A DNA stretch of 63,040 nucleotides, counting the filler, from Anaerolineae bacterium (lineage in GTDB: Bacteria; Chloroflexota; Anaerolineae; B4-G1; DUEL01), in assembly GCA_041082215.1 (NCBI GenBank). It is 5 parts of 5 records of this genome, joined end to end, with 100 filler letters (N's around TTAATTAATTAA, not from the genome) between each part and the next. Parts side by side here need not be neighbours in the genome. Positions count along the whole stretch, not along the records: positions 1 to 29,697 come from JBDOIF010000011.1; 4 more parts are not named here. The stretch is one strand, 5' to 3'. The translations under genes were made by a program, and so were the position numbers. Positions 1 to 12,977 of the stretch are shown here, in pieces. The stretch's first letter is position 1. Each line of letters starts with the position of its first letter. The notes under the pieces were generated by a model that saw only the letters and a program-made list of their open reading frames with translations, was not told where the DNA came from and did no database searches.

Positions 1-220
1 CATCAGCCCTGTATCCTCTGGTTGATCAGACCATCCAGGGAGGAGCGGGCTGATGGCAGGGGCAATTGTACTTCAAGATGGGCCGATTGGGAAGGACTGG
101 GAGGAGGCGTTGTACCGGGAGGGCTGCGCCCTCCTCAATGGCCCCGACGCCTCCAAACCCTGGGTGCGATCCCTTCGCCACCAGGTCCACCTCTATCACC
201 TACTAAACTGATACAGACTC
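1..220 (+). mobile_element. Right part of a ~259-bp non-autonomous TIR element (family A)
   Basis: 1-147 is identical to 55657-55803. The right end TCACCTACTAAACTGATACAGACTC (196-220) is an imperfect inverse of GAGTCTGTAACAGATTAGTAGGTG at 55618. It is followed by CTCAGAGTCA, which also precedes the left end at 55608-55617. Confidence 0.75.
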
Positions 221-237
221 CTCAGAGTCATTCGGAC

Positions 238-266
238 TTGACAAGCGGGGAAGGGTCTGATATAAT
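238..266 (+). promoter_or_regulatory. Sigma70-type promoter (rrn P1)
   Basis: TTGACA (238-243), 17 bp, TATAAT (261-266): perfect consensus upstream of the 16S. Confidence 0.85.
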
Positions 267-357
267 ATAAAGCGCAAGTGAGGGGGCGGGGCAAGACTCC
301 TGACTAAAATAGCTGGAAGTTGCCCGACCGATGCGGAAGCATCGGCCGTTTTGTCCC

Positions 358-386
358 TTGACAGATTGAAGGAGTTGTGGTATAGT
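358..386 (+). promoter_or_regulatory. Sigma70-type promoter (rrn P2)
   Basis: TTGACA (358-363), 17 bp, TATAGT (381-386) with an upstream TG. Confidence 0.8.
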
Positions 387-486
387 ATGGCCCCGCAGGG
401 CAGGACCTTAACAACTGAAGAGTGGTAGGTAAGGGACGTGGATCCGGGCCTACGTCAAGCACAACGGTCTAAGGACCGTAGTCCAC

Positions 487-1980
<1,494 letters not shown>

Positions 1981-2077
1981 AGGGAGAAAGGCCAAAGGCA
2001 CGGTTCGGGCCTGAGGCCAACACTTGGATCCGCGGACCTTCCTGCCACTCTTCAGTCGTTAAGGCCTGACCGAATGG

Positions 2078-2154
2078 GGGCCTGTAGCTCAGTCGGTTAG
2101 AGCACTCCTCTGATAAGGGAGTGGTCAGTGGTTCGAGTCCACTCAGGCCCACCA
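2078..2154 (+). tRNA. tRNA-Ile(GAT)
   Basis: Cloverleaf GGGCCTG...CAGGCCC-ACCA, anticodon loop CT-GAT-AA, located in the ITS. Confidence 0.97.
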
Positions 2155-2159
2155 GGTTC

Positions 2160-2232
2160 GGGGATGTAGCTCAGATGGGAGAGCGCCTCCCTTGCACGGA
2201 GGAGGTCAGGGGTTCGAATCCCCTCATCTCCA
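2160..2232 (+). tRNA. tRNA-Ala(TGC)
   Basis: GGGGATG acceptor with G3:U70, anticodon TT-TGC-type loop (CT-TGC-AC), GGTTCGAATCC; CCA not encoded. Confidence 0.96.
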
Positions 2233-2241
2233 CAGAGGCGC

Positions 2242-2270
2242 TTGACAGGAGCTGAGAACGAAGGTATACT
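2242..2270 (+). promoter_or_regulatory. Putative internal promoter in the ITS upstream of the 23S
   Basis: TTGACA (2242-2247), 17 bp, TATACT (2265-2270). Confidence 0.65.
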
Positions 2271-2520
2271 ATCCCCGTCGTGAGGTGCGTATCGGATGCG
2301 ATTGGCGTGCGAAGGAGCGGTAAACGAATAGCGGGTGCTCCGGCATATCTCGGAGGTAGGGGTACGGCCTGGGATATGCCAGGCCGTTACGTTTGAAAAG
2401 GGGGGTTGAAGGTTGGCCCCTGCGGCTCAAAGGGGCAGCAGCGGCCAGCGGTCAACCCGTTGGAACGGAAGAGCACCTTAACAGCTGAATAGGAGCGAGA
2501 ACTTCAATTTCTCCGCGTCA

Positions 2521-4565
<2,045 letters not shown>

Positions 4566-5244
4566 AGGACCAGGACGGCAGTCCTGGAAGGGCCGTTACA
4601 AAATCTGGCTATATGCTGGAACACCTGGAGTATCCCACACTACCGAGAAGGTGACAACGTGATGGGTGCAGGCAATCAGCAGGAAAGGCTGTCTCAGGAC
4701 GAACGATCCAGATGGTTTCTCGCTGGCCTCATTGAGGGTGAAGGGTCGGTCTGTGTCTCCATCAAAGCCCATCCAGGGGCCCGATTCGGCTACTACGTCG
4801 ATCCGGAGTTTTTCCTCTACCAGAAGCAAGAGGGAGTGGAACTGCTCCGGCTGGCTCAGCGGATCTTCGGCACAGGCCGGATATTCCCCAAGCCCGGCAA
4901 TGAGGATGTCCTGGTCTTCGCGATCACCGATCGGCGATCCCTCAGGGAAAAGGTCATCCCGTTTCTGCGACGGTATATGGCCCTTTCCCCCAGAAGGAAA
5001 ACCTATGAGATGTTCGCCGAGATCGTGGAGGCTATGGAGCGGAAAGAACACTGGACGCCCGAAGGGTTGGCACGCATCGTCGAGAAGGCGTATGCGATGA
5101 ATCCAACCACTAAAGGGAAGGAGCGGAAACAGAAGCTCAGCGAAGTCCTGAGCAGAATCCTCAGAGACCATACGCCAGACACTCCGGACGTGGTTCAGGG
5201 GTGAAGAGATGGTCCAGTCCCTATGGCGACATAGGGAGCAACTG
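4566..5244 (+). mobile_element. Group I intron in 23S rRNA at E. coli position 1923 (679 nt)
   Basis: Exon ends in U and the intron ends in G. P1: exon TAACGGT pairs with GCCGTTA (4592-4598), giving U.G at the splice site. Core motifs are P ATGCTGGAA, Q AATCAGCAGG, R TCAGAGACCAT and S AAGAGATGGTCC. Joined exons restore TAACTATAACGGTCCTAAGGTAGCGA. Confidence 0.96.
4662..5204 (+). CDS. Single-motif LAGLIDADG homing endonuclease (I-CeuI-like), 180 aa
   Basis: FLAGLIEGEG motif, then FGYYVDPEF, FGTGRI and DRRSLREKVIPF resembling I-CeuI; SD-like AAGGTGA 7 nt before ATG 4662. Confidence 0.93.
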   Translation: MGAGNQQERLSQDERSRWFLAGLIEGEGSVCVSIKAHPGARFGYYVDPEFFLYQKQEGVELLRLAQRIFGTGRIFPKPGNEDVLVFAITDRRSLREKVIPFLRRYMALSPRRKTYEMFAEIVEAMERKEHWTPEGLARIVEKAYAMNPTTKGKERKQKLSEVLSRILRDHTPDTPDVVQG

Positions 5245-6220
<976 letters not shown>

Positions 6221-6295
6221 TGGCGCGGAGAAATTGGAGTTTTCCTCCTATTCAGCTTTGTGCTCTTGGGCAGGCCATTGCGCCTGTCTTCAGGT

Positions 6296-6415
<120 letters not shown>

Positions 6416-6485
6416 GCCTTTTTTTATTCGGCACTTGTGGTATAATTTTGTTCCGATTCCACCCTGAACGACAAGAGGGTATTGC

Positions 6486-7487
6486 TTGAGAAAATCCATC
6501 CTGTTTCAACTGGTCCTTCTGACACTGCTGCTGGCCGGCTGCGGCGAGGTGATCACACCGGAGCCAGAATCATCGGCCGTCACCCCCTCCCCGACAGAGC
6601 GACTCCCCACCGCCCGCCCCTCCGTCACCGCCCCGCTTCAGCCCACCCCCGCCACCGTCACCCCTACTATCACCCCCACCCCCATCGTCCACGTGGTCCA
6701 GGAAGGGGAGACGCTGGCCGGCATCGCTGCCACCTATGGGGTCTCGGTTAGGGCACTCCAGGCGGTCAACGGGATCGAGAACCCCCTCCTGCTTCAGCCG
6801 GGGCAGGAGCTGATCATCCCTACCGGCGAGGAGGCAACGGTGCCCGAGTCGGGCCTGTTGCTGCTGACCCCCACCCCTCTCCCCTTCGGCGTGCGCGGCG
6901 TCGGTTTCTATGAGACTCCGGTGGGGAGCCTGTGGTGCCTGGGAGAGGTGGTCAATACCACCCCCTACACCCTCACCAACGTCCAGGTCCGGGTCACTCT
7001 GTTCGACCCGGCCGGGACGCCTCTCATTGAAGGGGACGCGTTCGCGGCTGCCGACATCCTTCCCCCGGCCGACCGGGCCCCCTTTGGCATCCTGTTCATC
7101 TCGCCGCCGCCCAACTTTGCCAGCCACCAGGTAACGATCCTGCGGGGGGAGTTCGCCGCGGGTCTGGGCGATGCGTACGTCCCCCTCGATGTGGAGCAGG
7201 CAAACGGTGCTCCGTCGGGCCCCCAGTTTGAAGTGACCGGCCAGGTGCGCAACGCCGATCCCGCACGGGTGGCAGCTTCGGTCGTGGTCATCGTGACCAC
7301 CTACGATGAGGAGGGGCGGGTAACGGGTTTCCGCCAACAAACAGTGGACATCGGCGAAGGGCTGGCTCCTGGAGCTACCGCCTCCTTCCGCCTTCTCCTC
7401 ACGGCCTACAGGGGAGTCCCCGCTGATTGGTCTGTCATCGCCATTGGCCGGACCCGGGGAGAAGAGGCTGGCCAGGGAGGAGGTTAA
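6486..7487 (+). CDS. LysM-domain lipoprotein with PT linker and two FxLYD-like beta-sandwich domains
   Basis: Lipobox LLLAGC; HVVQEGETLAGIAATYGV LysM; two GxVxN...VTxxD repeats. Confidence 0.8.
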   Translation: MRKSILFQLVLLTLLLAGCGEVITPEPESSAVTPSPTERLPTARPSVTAPLQPTPATVTPTITPTPIVHVVQEGETLAGIAATYGVSVRALQAVNGIENPLLLQPGQELIIPTGEEATVPESGLLLLTPTPLPFGVRGVGFYETPVGSLWCLGEVVNTTPYTLTNVQVRVTLFDPAGTPLIEGDAFAAADILPPADRAPFGILFISPPPNFASHQVTILRGEFAAGLGDAYVPLDVEQANGAPSGPQFEVTGQVRNADPARVAASVVVIVTTYDEEGRVTGFRQQTVDIGEGLAPGATASFRLLLTAYRGVPADWSVIAIGRTRGEEAGQGGG

Positions 7488-7488
7488 G

Positions 7489-8109
7489 GTGCAGAAAGTC
7501 CTGAGGGCCATCGTCCGCGCCCTGATCCCCCTGCTGATCCGGCTGGAGGTGGAGGGGAAGGACAACCTTCCTTCCAGCGGACCGTATATCCTGGTGACCA
7601 ACCACCTCTCCGCCTACGATCTTCCCGTCATCCTGGCGGTCTGTCCGCACAGAATCTGGGCCTTCGCCGCCTCCAAGCACCGACGCAATCCCCTCTATGC
7701 GCCAATCCTGGCGGCAGGGGGGTCCATCTGGGTGCGGCGCGGAGAGGTGGACCGGGAGGCGCTGCGGCAGGCGCTGGAGATCCTGCGGCGGGGAGAGGTG
7801 CTGGGGATGGCGCCGGAAGGCACACGGGCGCGCAGGGTATACGCCCTTCAGAAAGGGAAAAGCGGCGCTGCCTACCTGGCCACCCGGGCGGATGTCCCCA
7901 TCGTTCCTGTGGGATTGACCGGGACTGAAAGGATAAAAGAAGACCTCCCCCGGCTGCGTCGCGCGAAGGTGCGGGTGGCGATCGGCGAGCCGTTCCGGCT
8001 ACCGGAAAGCGGCCCGGTGCGCGGCCCCAAGCTGGAAGAATATACCGAGATGATCATGCGGCGTATCGCCGCGCTGCTTCCCCCGGAGTATCGAGGAGTG
8101 TACGCATAA
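7489..8109 (+). CDS. Lysophospholipid (1-acyl-G3P) acyltransferase, PlsC family
   Basis: NHLSAYD and APEGTR motifs; GTG start after GGAGGA. Confidence 0.9.
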   Translation: MQKVLRAIVRALIPLLIRLEVEGKDNLPSSGPYILVTNHLSAYDLPVILAVCPHRIWAFAASKHRRNPLYAPILAAGGSIWVRRGEVDREALRQALEILRRGEVLGMAPEGTRARRVYALQKGKSGAAYLATRADVPIVPVGLTGTERIKEDLPRLRRAKVRVAIGEPFRLPESGPVRGPKLEEYTEMIMRRIAALLPPEYRGVYA

Positions 8110-8127
8110 GGGGCAACGCCCCCGCTG

Positions 8128-9546
8128 TCAATCCGCCAGGCCCTCCCCGATCTCCAGCTCCCCTTCCAGCCCGAAGTCGGCCGGGGTCTTGTGGACCTCG
8201 GGGGCATGAATATATTTTGTCACCATCCCGGCGGAGTCCACCACCCCCAGTTGCTCGAAGAGGAAGCCGAACTGCTCCTCCAGCGCCGCTCCGATGGCCG
8301 CACGGATCCCCTCCGGCAGGTCCCAGAAGGCCCGCTTGAAGGGCCCCAGCCCCTGCTTGCGGCTTGTGTAGAGGAACTGCTCCTCGGTTTGCCCTTCCTT
8401 CCGCTGGTCGGCGAAGTGCTCTTTGATGTAGGCGTAGATCTCTTCCCGCAGGTCGGCGGGGAAGAGGGGGTGGTCGTAGACGATGTTCTGGAAGCCGGTG
8501 GCCAGGTGGACCTCGCAGGCGCCGGCCTCGGCGAACTTATGGAACGCCTCCGGGGGGAGGGTGGAGGCCCCATGCTGGACCGCGCCGGCCAGCCCGTACT
8601 CCTCCCTGGCGACCCGGCTCAGTCGGGTGAGTGTGTCGAAGTCAATCTTGACGCGGGCCAGCGTGCCGTCGGGCAGGACCACGCCGCCGTGGGAGGTGCC
8701 GGTCTGGATGCTCAGCTTGGAAAGTCCGGCCATTCCTTGCGGCAGCCTGCTGTTGTAGCCGTCCATAAAGGCCCGCAGTTCTTCCTCTGTGGAGTTCTTT
8801 CCGCCCACCTCGCCGATCTCCCCGCCCACGGAAATGGTCACTCCCGCAGGCTCAAGGGAGCGGATCAGTTCTGTGAAGCGGGCGCATAGCTCAAAGTTGA
8901 CCCGCTGCTGTTCGGAGACGGTCGGCTGGCTCAGGTCAACCAGCGTCGAGGTGTCAATGTCAATGTTAAAAAAGCCGACCCCGATCGCCTCCCGGATCAG
9001 GTCCTCTACCGCCTTCAGCTCCGCTTCCGGCTGGGCGGCGTACTTATTTGCGCTCACCTGGAAGTGGTCGCCCTGGAGGAAGAGCGGCCCCCGGAATCCT
9101 TCCCGGATGGCGGCGCCGATGATGACAGTGGCGTACTCCGCCAGCCGCTGGTCGGTGTAGCCGATCTCGGAGCGGGCGATCTCGAAGACGATCGCCCCTG
9201 CCCTCCGGGCCAGCGCGGCGCGGAAGACAGCACGGGCCATATCGTAGGTCAGTGTGCGCAGGTTCATCGCCGGGACGGTCCACCCTTCCCCTGTCTCGCC
9301 GCGGCCGCGGCCCATATACAGGTTGTAGATGGAGGCGGGACGGATGTCCAGCGCCTGGCCCAGCTCCCAGAGAAGGTAGCGGGCGGTTGCCTGTACTTCC
9401 CGTCCAGCAAAGACCGCGTTATAGACCAGTTCGTCCAGCACCGGTCCCCGCAGCTTTGCTTCATCCACCATCCGCACCTTCCCGTCCTCAATCGCCACGA
9501 TCCCTTTCAACGATGCCATCAGTTCCCCGACATCACGTCTGACCAT
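8128..9546 (-). CDS. Class II fructose-bisphosphate aldolase family protein (long form)
   Basis: QGDH, GEIGEVGG, GTSHG and VQHGAS metal/phosphate motifs. Confidence 0.85.
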   Translation of the reverse strand: MVRRDVGELMASLKGIVAIEDGKVRMVDEAKLRGPVLDELVYNAVFAGREVQATARYLLWELGQALDIRPASIYNLYMGRGRGETGEGWTVPAMNLRTLTYDMARAVFRAALARRAGAIVFEIARSEIGYTDQRLAEYATVIIGAAIREGFRGPLFLQGDHFQVSANKYAAQPEAELKAVEDLIREAIGVGFFNIDIDTSTLVDLSQPTVSEQQRVNFELCARFTELIRSLEPAGVTISVGGEIGEVGGKNSTEEELRAFMDGYNSRLPQGMAGLSKLSIQTGTSHGGVVLPDGTLARVKIDFDTLTRLSRVAREEYGLAGAVQHGASTLPPEAFHKFAEAGACEVHLATGFQNIVYDHPLFPADLREEIYAYIKEHFADQRKEGQTEEQFLYTSRKQGLGPFKRAFWDLPEGIRAAIGAALEEQFGFLFEQLGVVDSAGMVTKYIHAPEVHKTPADFGLEGELEIGEGLAD

Positions 9547-9563
9547 CTTTGCCTCCTGGCTCT

Positions 9564-9598
9564 TGCGTCATACGTCATACGTCATACGTCATGCGTCA
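9564..9598. repeat. 5 x 7-bp tandem repeat (TRCGTCA)
   Basis: tgcgtca tacgtca tacgtca tacgtca tgcgtca, between a stop codon and the next RBS. Confidence 0.9.
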
Positions 9599-10054
9599 TT
9601 TGATCTCCGGCCCTGCTGTCCAATCGTATCCGATCGTCGGGTCGTCGTGGGGAATGCGGCCCTCATCGGAGCCGTCGTACTCCCGGGAGGTGATGTAGAA
9701 GATGTGGGCCGGCCCCTGAAGGACACGGTAACCGTGGGCCACACCGGGCGGGATCTTGAGCACCATCGGCGGGTGGCCATCCCCCAGCAGAAGCTCCTGC
9801 AGCTCCCCGTGGGTGGGGGAGTCGGGGCGGGTGTCGTAGAGGGCGGCCTTGATGGTGCCGCAAGCCACGTACCACCAGTCCACCTGCCTCTGATGGACAT
9901 GCCAGGCCTTTGCCACGCCTGTGTGGCTCATGGTGTGGCTCCACTGGGCAAACCCTTCGCCGAAGAAGGGGTCGCTGCCACGGATAACCTCGCGGAAGAA
10001 ACCGCGCTCGTCGGTGTGGGTGACCAGTTTTTTGAGTTCGACGCCGTGAATCAT
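9596..10054 (-). CDS. dTDP-4-dehydrorhamnose 3,5-epimerase (RmlC-like cupin) family
   Basis: DERGFFRE, AWHVH, DTRPDSPT and IPPGVAHGY motifs. Confidence 0.85.
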   Translation of the reverse strand: MIHGVELKKLVTHTDERGFFREVIRGSDPFFGEGFAQWSHTMSHTGVAKAWHVHQRQVDWWYVACGTIKAALYDTRPDSPTHGELQELLLGDGHPPMVLKIPPGVAHGYRVLQGPAHIFYITSREYDGSDEGRIPHDDPTIGYDWTAGPEIK

Positions 10055-10153
10055 CAGGTGAAGACCTCCATGCTTTTAAGGTGTAACGCCTGAGCAAGGG
10101 GATTATAACGAAAAGCGGGAGGAATGTCCAGTAGCGCAGGCTGTCGGCCTGCC

Positions 10154-12115
10154 TCAACGGGCCTGGTGGCCCGCATACAATGCAGGTCTGACGGCCTGGG
10201 CTTGAACCGTCACCCAACCGATCTGAAGGTGGTCGGCTGTCTCTCCCCCTGTGGTCGTCACCGGCAGCCGCTCCCCCGTCACCAGGTGGTAGAGGCCCAT
10301 CACGAGTGCGTACTCTCCGGGGGGAAGGTCCGGCGGCAGCAGCACCCCGATCCGATCCGTGACCGTCTGGCCCATCTCCCACCGGTCGGTGGGCAGCAGG
10401 TTGCCCAGCGGCTCGGCGTCGGTTTGGGCTGCCAGTCCGCCGCTGCCGTCCAGGAGGTGCAGGAAGAGCTTGTACCGTTCCGTTATGGCCCCTTCCGCCT
10501 CCCAGAAGAGGGTTACTGGCACCACCTCCCCGGGGGCGAAGGGGCCCTCACCCAGGGCATAGCCATGCAGCCGAATCGTCTCGCCGAACCGGGCCTCCAG
10601 CGGTGTGGCGGGTTCCTCCGGCAGCGACCCCAGCCCGTAGATAGCCACCCGCACCGTTCCGTACCACCGGTCTCCGGCGGGGTAGGCGTGGGTTGCCAGC
10701 CACCCCTCGACCAGCCGCTGCGGGTCCGCCTCGGCCTCTCCCCAGTAGAGGACGAAGAGCCGGGTGTGGGCAGCCCCGATCCGGGCCAGTTCCGCCGCCA
10801 CGTCGTCGGCGCGGGGCGGGCGGCTGCGGGGAATGGGGTAGACCGGCGCTCCCTCCCGGTGGTAGTAGGTGAACACCTCCCACTGATTGGGTGCGTCCAG
10901 AACGATGCCGTCTCCAGGGCGGGCCATCCTTTCAATGTCGGCGGCGATCTGCCGGTAATCGTCGCGGGCGTAAGCGGGGTTGAAGTAGAGGTTGTGAAGG
11001 GAGGGTAGGGAGATGGTGAGGAGGAGGACGTAGAGCGTCAAGCGTGAGACGTCAAACGTCGAGCGTGAGGCGTCAAACGTCAGGCGTGAAACGTCAAGCG
11101 TCAGGCGGGATAGCCGCTGCACCCCGTGGGCCAGCAGGAGGTGGAAGGGAGGGAGGACGGCCAGGAGGAACTTGAGGTAGGCGGGCTTGTAGAGGTCGAA
11201 GGCGAAGATGAGGGCGACGGGGAGGAACAGCCAGGCAGCCAGCGCGCCGACCGGGCCGGCCTTCCCCCGTTCGGGCCACAGGCCGATCAGGAGCAGAAGC
11301 CCCGCGACGATCAGCCCCCACCGGGCCTCTGCCGCCTCCAGCGTGAGCCCTACCGTCAGTGCCCGGAAGAGATGCAGCAGGGCGCTCCCTACCGTATACC
11401 CTCCTCCTGCAGACGGCCAGCCGGTGACCGAGCGAAGGGCGATGGGGAGCCAGGGGGCGAAGAGGAGAAGGACAGCTCCCTGCAACCCGGCCCACCCTCC
11501 AAACAGCCGCCACCGGTCCGGCTGCCTGTGGCCCTGCACCCCCCACCAGGCGAGGAAGAGAAGGTTGTGGACCGCCAGGACGAAGGGGAAGGCGTAGTGA
11601 GTGTAGAGGCCGGCGGCGGCAGCGAGAAGGAAGCAGGAGGCAGGAAGCAGGAAGCGGGAAACAGGAGGCAGAAGGTAGAGGGCGAAGTAGGTGGAAGCAG
11701 CAGAGAGGAGGCCGAGCAGGGCGTACATCCGCGCTTCCTGGGAGTAGTAGACCGAAAGGGGGGAGAGGGCAGCGAGGAAGGCAGCGCCCAGGCCGACGGA
11801 GGGACTCAGCAGACGACGGCCCAGCCCGTAGGTGAAGGCCACGGTGAGGATACCACAGAGGGCGGAGAGGGCCCGCAGGCTGAACTCACTCTCTCCGGTC
11901 AGCCCCCGCCAGAGATGGAGAAGCAGGTAGTAGCCGGGGGGATGGATGTCCCCTTCGGCGGCCTCCAGGATCAGGGGGATCGGCCGCTCGGCGGCGCGGG
12001 CGGAGTTTCCCTCATCGTTCCAGAAAGATTGGGCCTCCAGCCGGTAGAAGCGTACTCCCGTTGCCAGGAGGAGGATTGAGATCAGGATCAGGGTGCGGAC
12101 GGCCTTCCTGCTCAT
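10154..12115 (-). CDS. GT-C fold membrane glycosyltransferase (PMT_2/GT39-like)
   Basis: SFWNDEG, DIHPPGYY and YYSQEARMY motifs; many TM helices; extracellular C-terminal domain. Confidence 0.85.
   Translation of the reverse strand: MSRKAVRTLILISILLLATGVRFYRLEAQSFWNDEGNSARAAERPIPLILEAAEGDIHPPGYYLLLHLWRGLTGESEFSLRALSALCGILTVAFTYGLGRRLLSPSVGLGAAFLAALSPLSVYYSQEARMYALLGLLSAASTYFALYLLPPVSRFLLPASCFLLAAAAGLYTHYAFPFVLAVHNLLFLAWWGVQGHRQPDRWRLFGGWAGLQGAVLLLFAPWLPIALRSVTGWPSAGGGYTVGSALLHLFRALTVGLTLEAAEARWGLIVAGLLLLIGLWPERGKAGPVGALAAWLFLPVALIFAFDLYKPAYLKFLLAVLPPFHLLLAHGVQRLSRLTLDVSRLTFDASRSTFDVSRLTLYVLLLTISLPSLHNLYFNPAYARDDYRQIAADIERMARPGDGIVLDAPNQWEVFTYYHREGAPVYPIPRSRPPRADDVAAELARIGAAHTRLFVLYWGEAEADPQRLVEGWLATHAYPAGDRWYGTVRVAIYGLGSLPEEPATPLEARFGETIRLHGYALGEGPFAPGEVVPVTLFWEAEGAITERYKLFLHLLDGSGGLAAQTDAEPLGNLLPTDRWEMGQTVTDRIGVLLPPDLPPGEYALVMGLYHLVTGERLPVTTTGGETADHLQIGWVTVQAQAVRPALYAGHQAR
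11034..11103. repeat. 10 x 7-bp degenerate tandem repeat (RRCGTSA) inside the CDS
   Basis: agcgtca agcgtga gacgtca aacgtcg...; translated as RLTLDVSRLTFDASRSTFDVSRLTL. Confidence 0.9.
11629..11670. repeat. 6 x 7-bp tandem repeat (GGARGCA) inside the CDS
   Basis: ggaagca ggaggca ggaagca ggaagcg ggaaaca ggaggca. Confidence 0.85.
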
Positions 12116-12116
12116 C

Positions 12117-12977
12117 CTAACCCCGCCGTTCTGTCAGCCGCCCCTCCCGTTTCGCCAGCCGCTCCAGATATCCCAGCGCGTACCAGGCGGCCACGATGAA
12201 GAGGATACTCAGCCCCGTCAGCGCACCGACCTCCACCGGCACAGACAGGAACCCCAGGGTGGGGTTTGTCGGGAAGAGTAGCTGCCGCATCGCGTCCAGC
12301 CCCAGGGTGAGGGGGATGAAGGAGGCCACCACTGCCACCCAGAACCCCAGGTGGCGCACCGGGAAGTAGAAACCGGAAAGGAGATAGACCGGCTCGGTGA
12401 GCAGGTTGGAGATGTGCCAGGCCTCCCGTCCCCAGAGGAGGTAGAGGGAGGCGAACAGCATCCCCATCCCGTAGAGGGCAGCCATTGTGAGGGCAAAGGT
12501 GAGCAACAGGAGGCCGAAATCGCCCAGGGCGTAATGGACGTCAAAGATGAGGGAGCCGATGGCGAGGATGGCCGTGGCACGGAGGGTGGTGGAAAAGAGA
12601 CCGCCCACAGCCATCCCCAGGAGGATGGCCATCATCGGGGCAGGGGCGGCGATGTAGAGGCCCAGGTTGCCGCTCTCCTTTTCCCAGTAGAGCTGGCTGG
12701 ACATAGACCAGAGGACGTTCATCCAGAAGGCAGTCATCGCCCCGCCGACGATGACGAAGCCGATGTACTCCTCCGGCGCGCCCACCGCCCGGTAGACGAA
12801 GACGTAGGCGGCGGTGCCCAGAAGGGGGAGGAAGGTGTCGAAGAAGAGCCAGGACCGCTCCCGGTTGGCCCCGACGATGCGGGGGTAGGCCCGCCCGATC
12901 ACCGTCCGCACCCACAGCTCCAGCCCGGCGCGCATCCTTCCTCTCCGCGTCTCCCCGTCCCTTCGTCTTTTCCTCAT
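12117..12977 (-). CDS. ABC-2 type exporter permease
   Basis: Six TM segments, LLSGFYFPV motif, 4-bp overlap with the ATPase gene. Confidence 0.88.
   Translation of the reverse strand: MRKRRRDGETRRGRMRAGLELWVRTVIGRAYPRIVGANRERSWLFFDTFLPLLGTAAYVFVYRAVGAPEEYIGFVIVGGAMTAFWMNVLWSMSSQLYWEKESGNLGLYIAAPAPMMAILLGMAVGGLFSTTLRATAILAIGSLIFDVHYALGDFGLLLLTFALTMAALYGMGMLFASLYLLWGREAWHISNLLTEPVYLLSGFYFPVRHLGFWVAVVASFIPLTLGLDAMRQLLFPTNPTLGFLSVPVEVGALTGLSILFIVAAWYALGYLERLAKREGRLTERRG

Noticed and set aside
4566..5244. RNase III-excised intervening sequence
   Set aside because: Has the group I core, omega-G and P1, and interrupts conserved helix 69, which requires religation.
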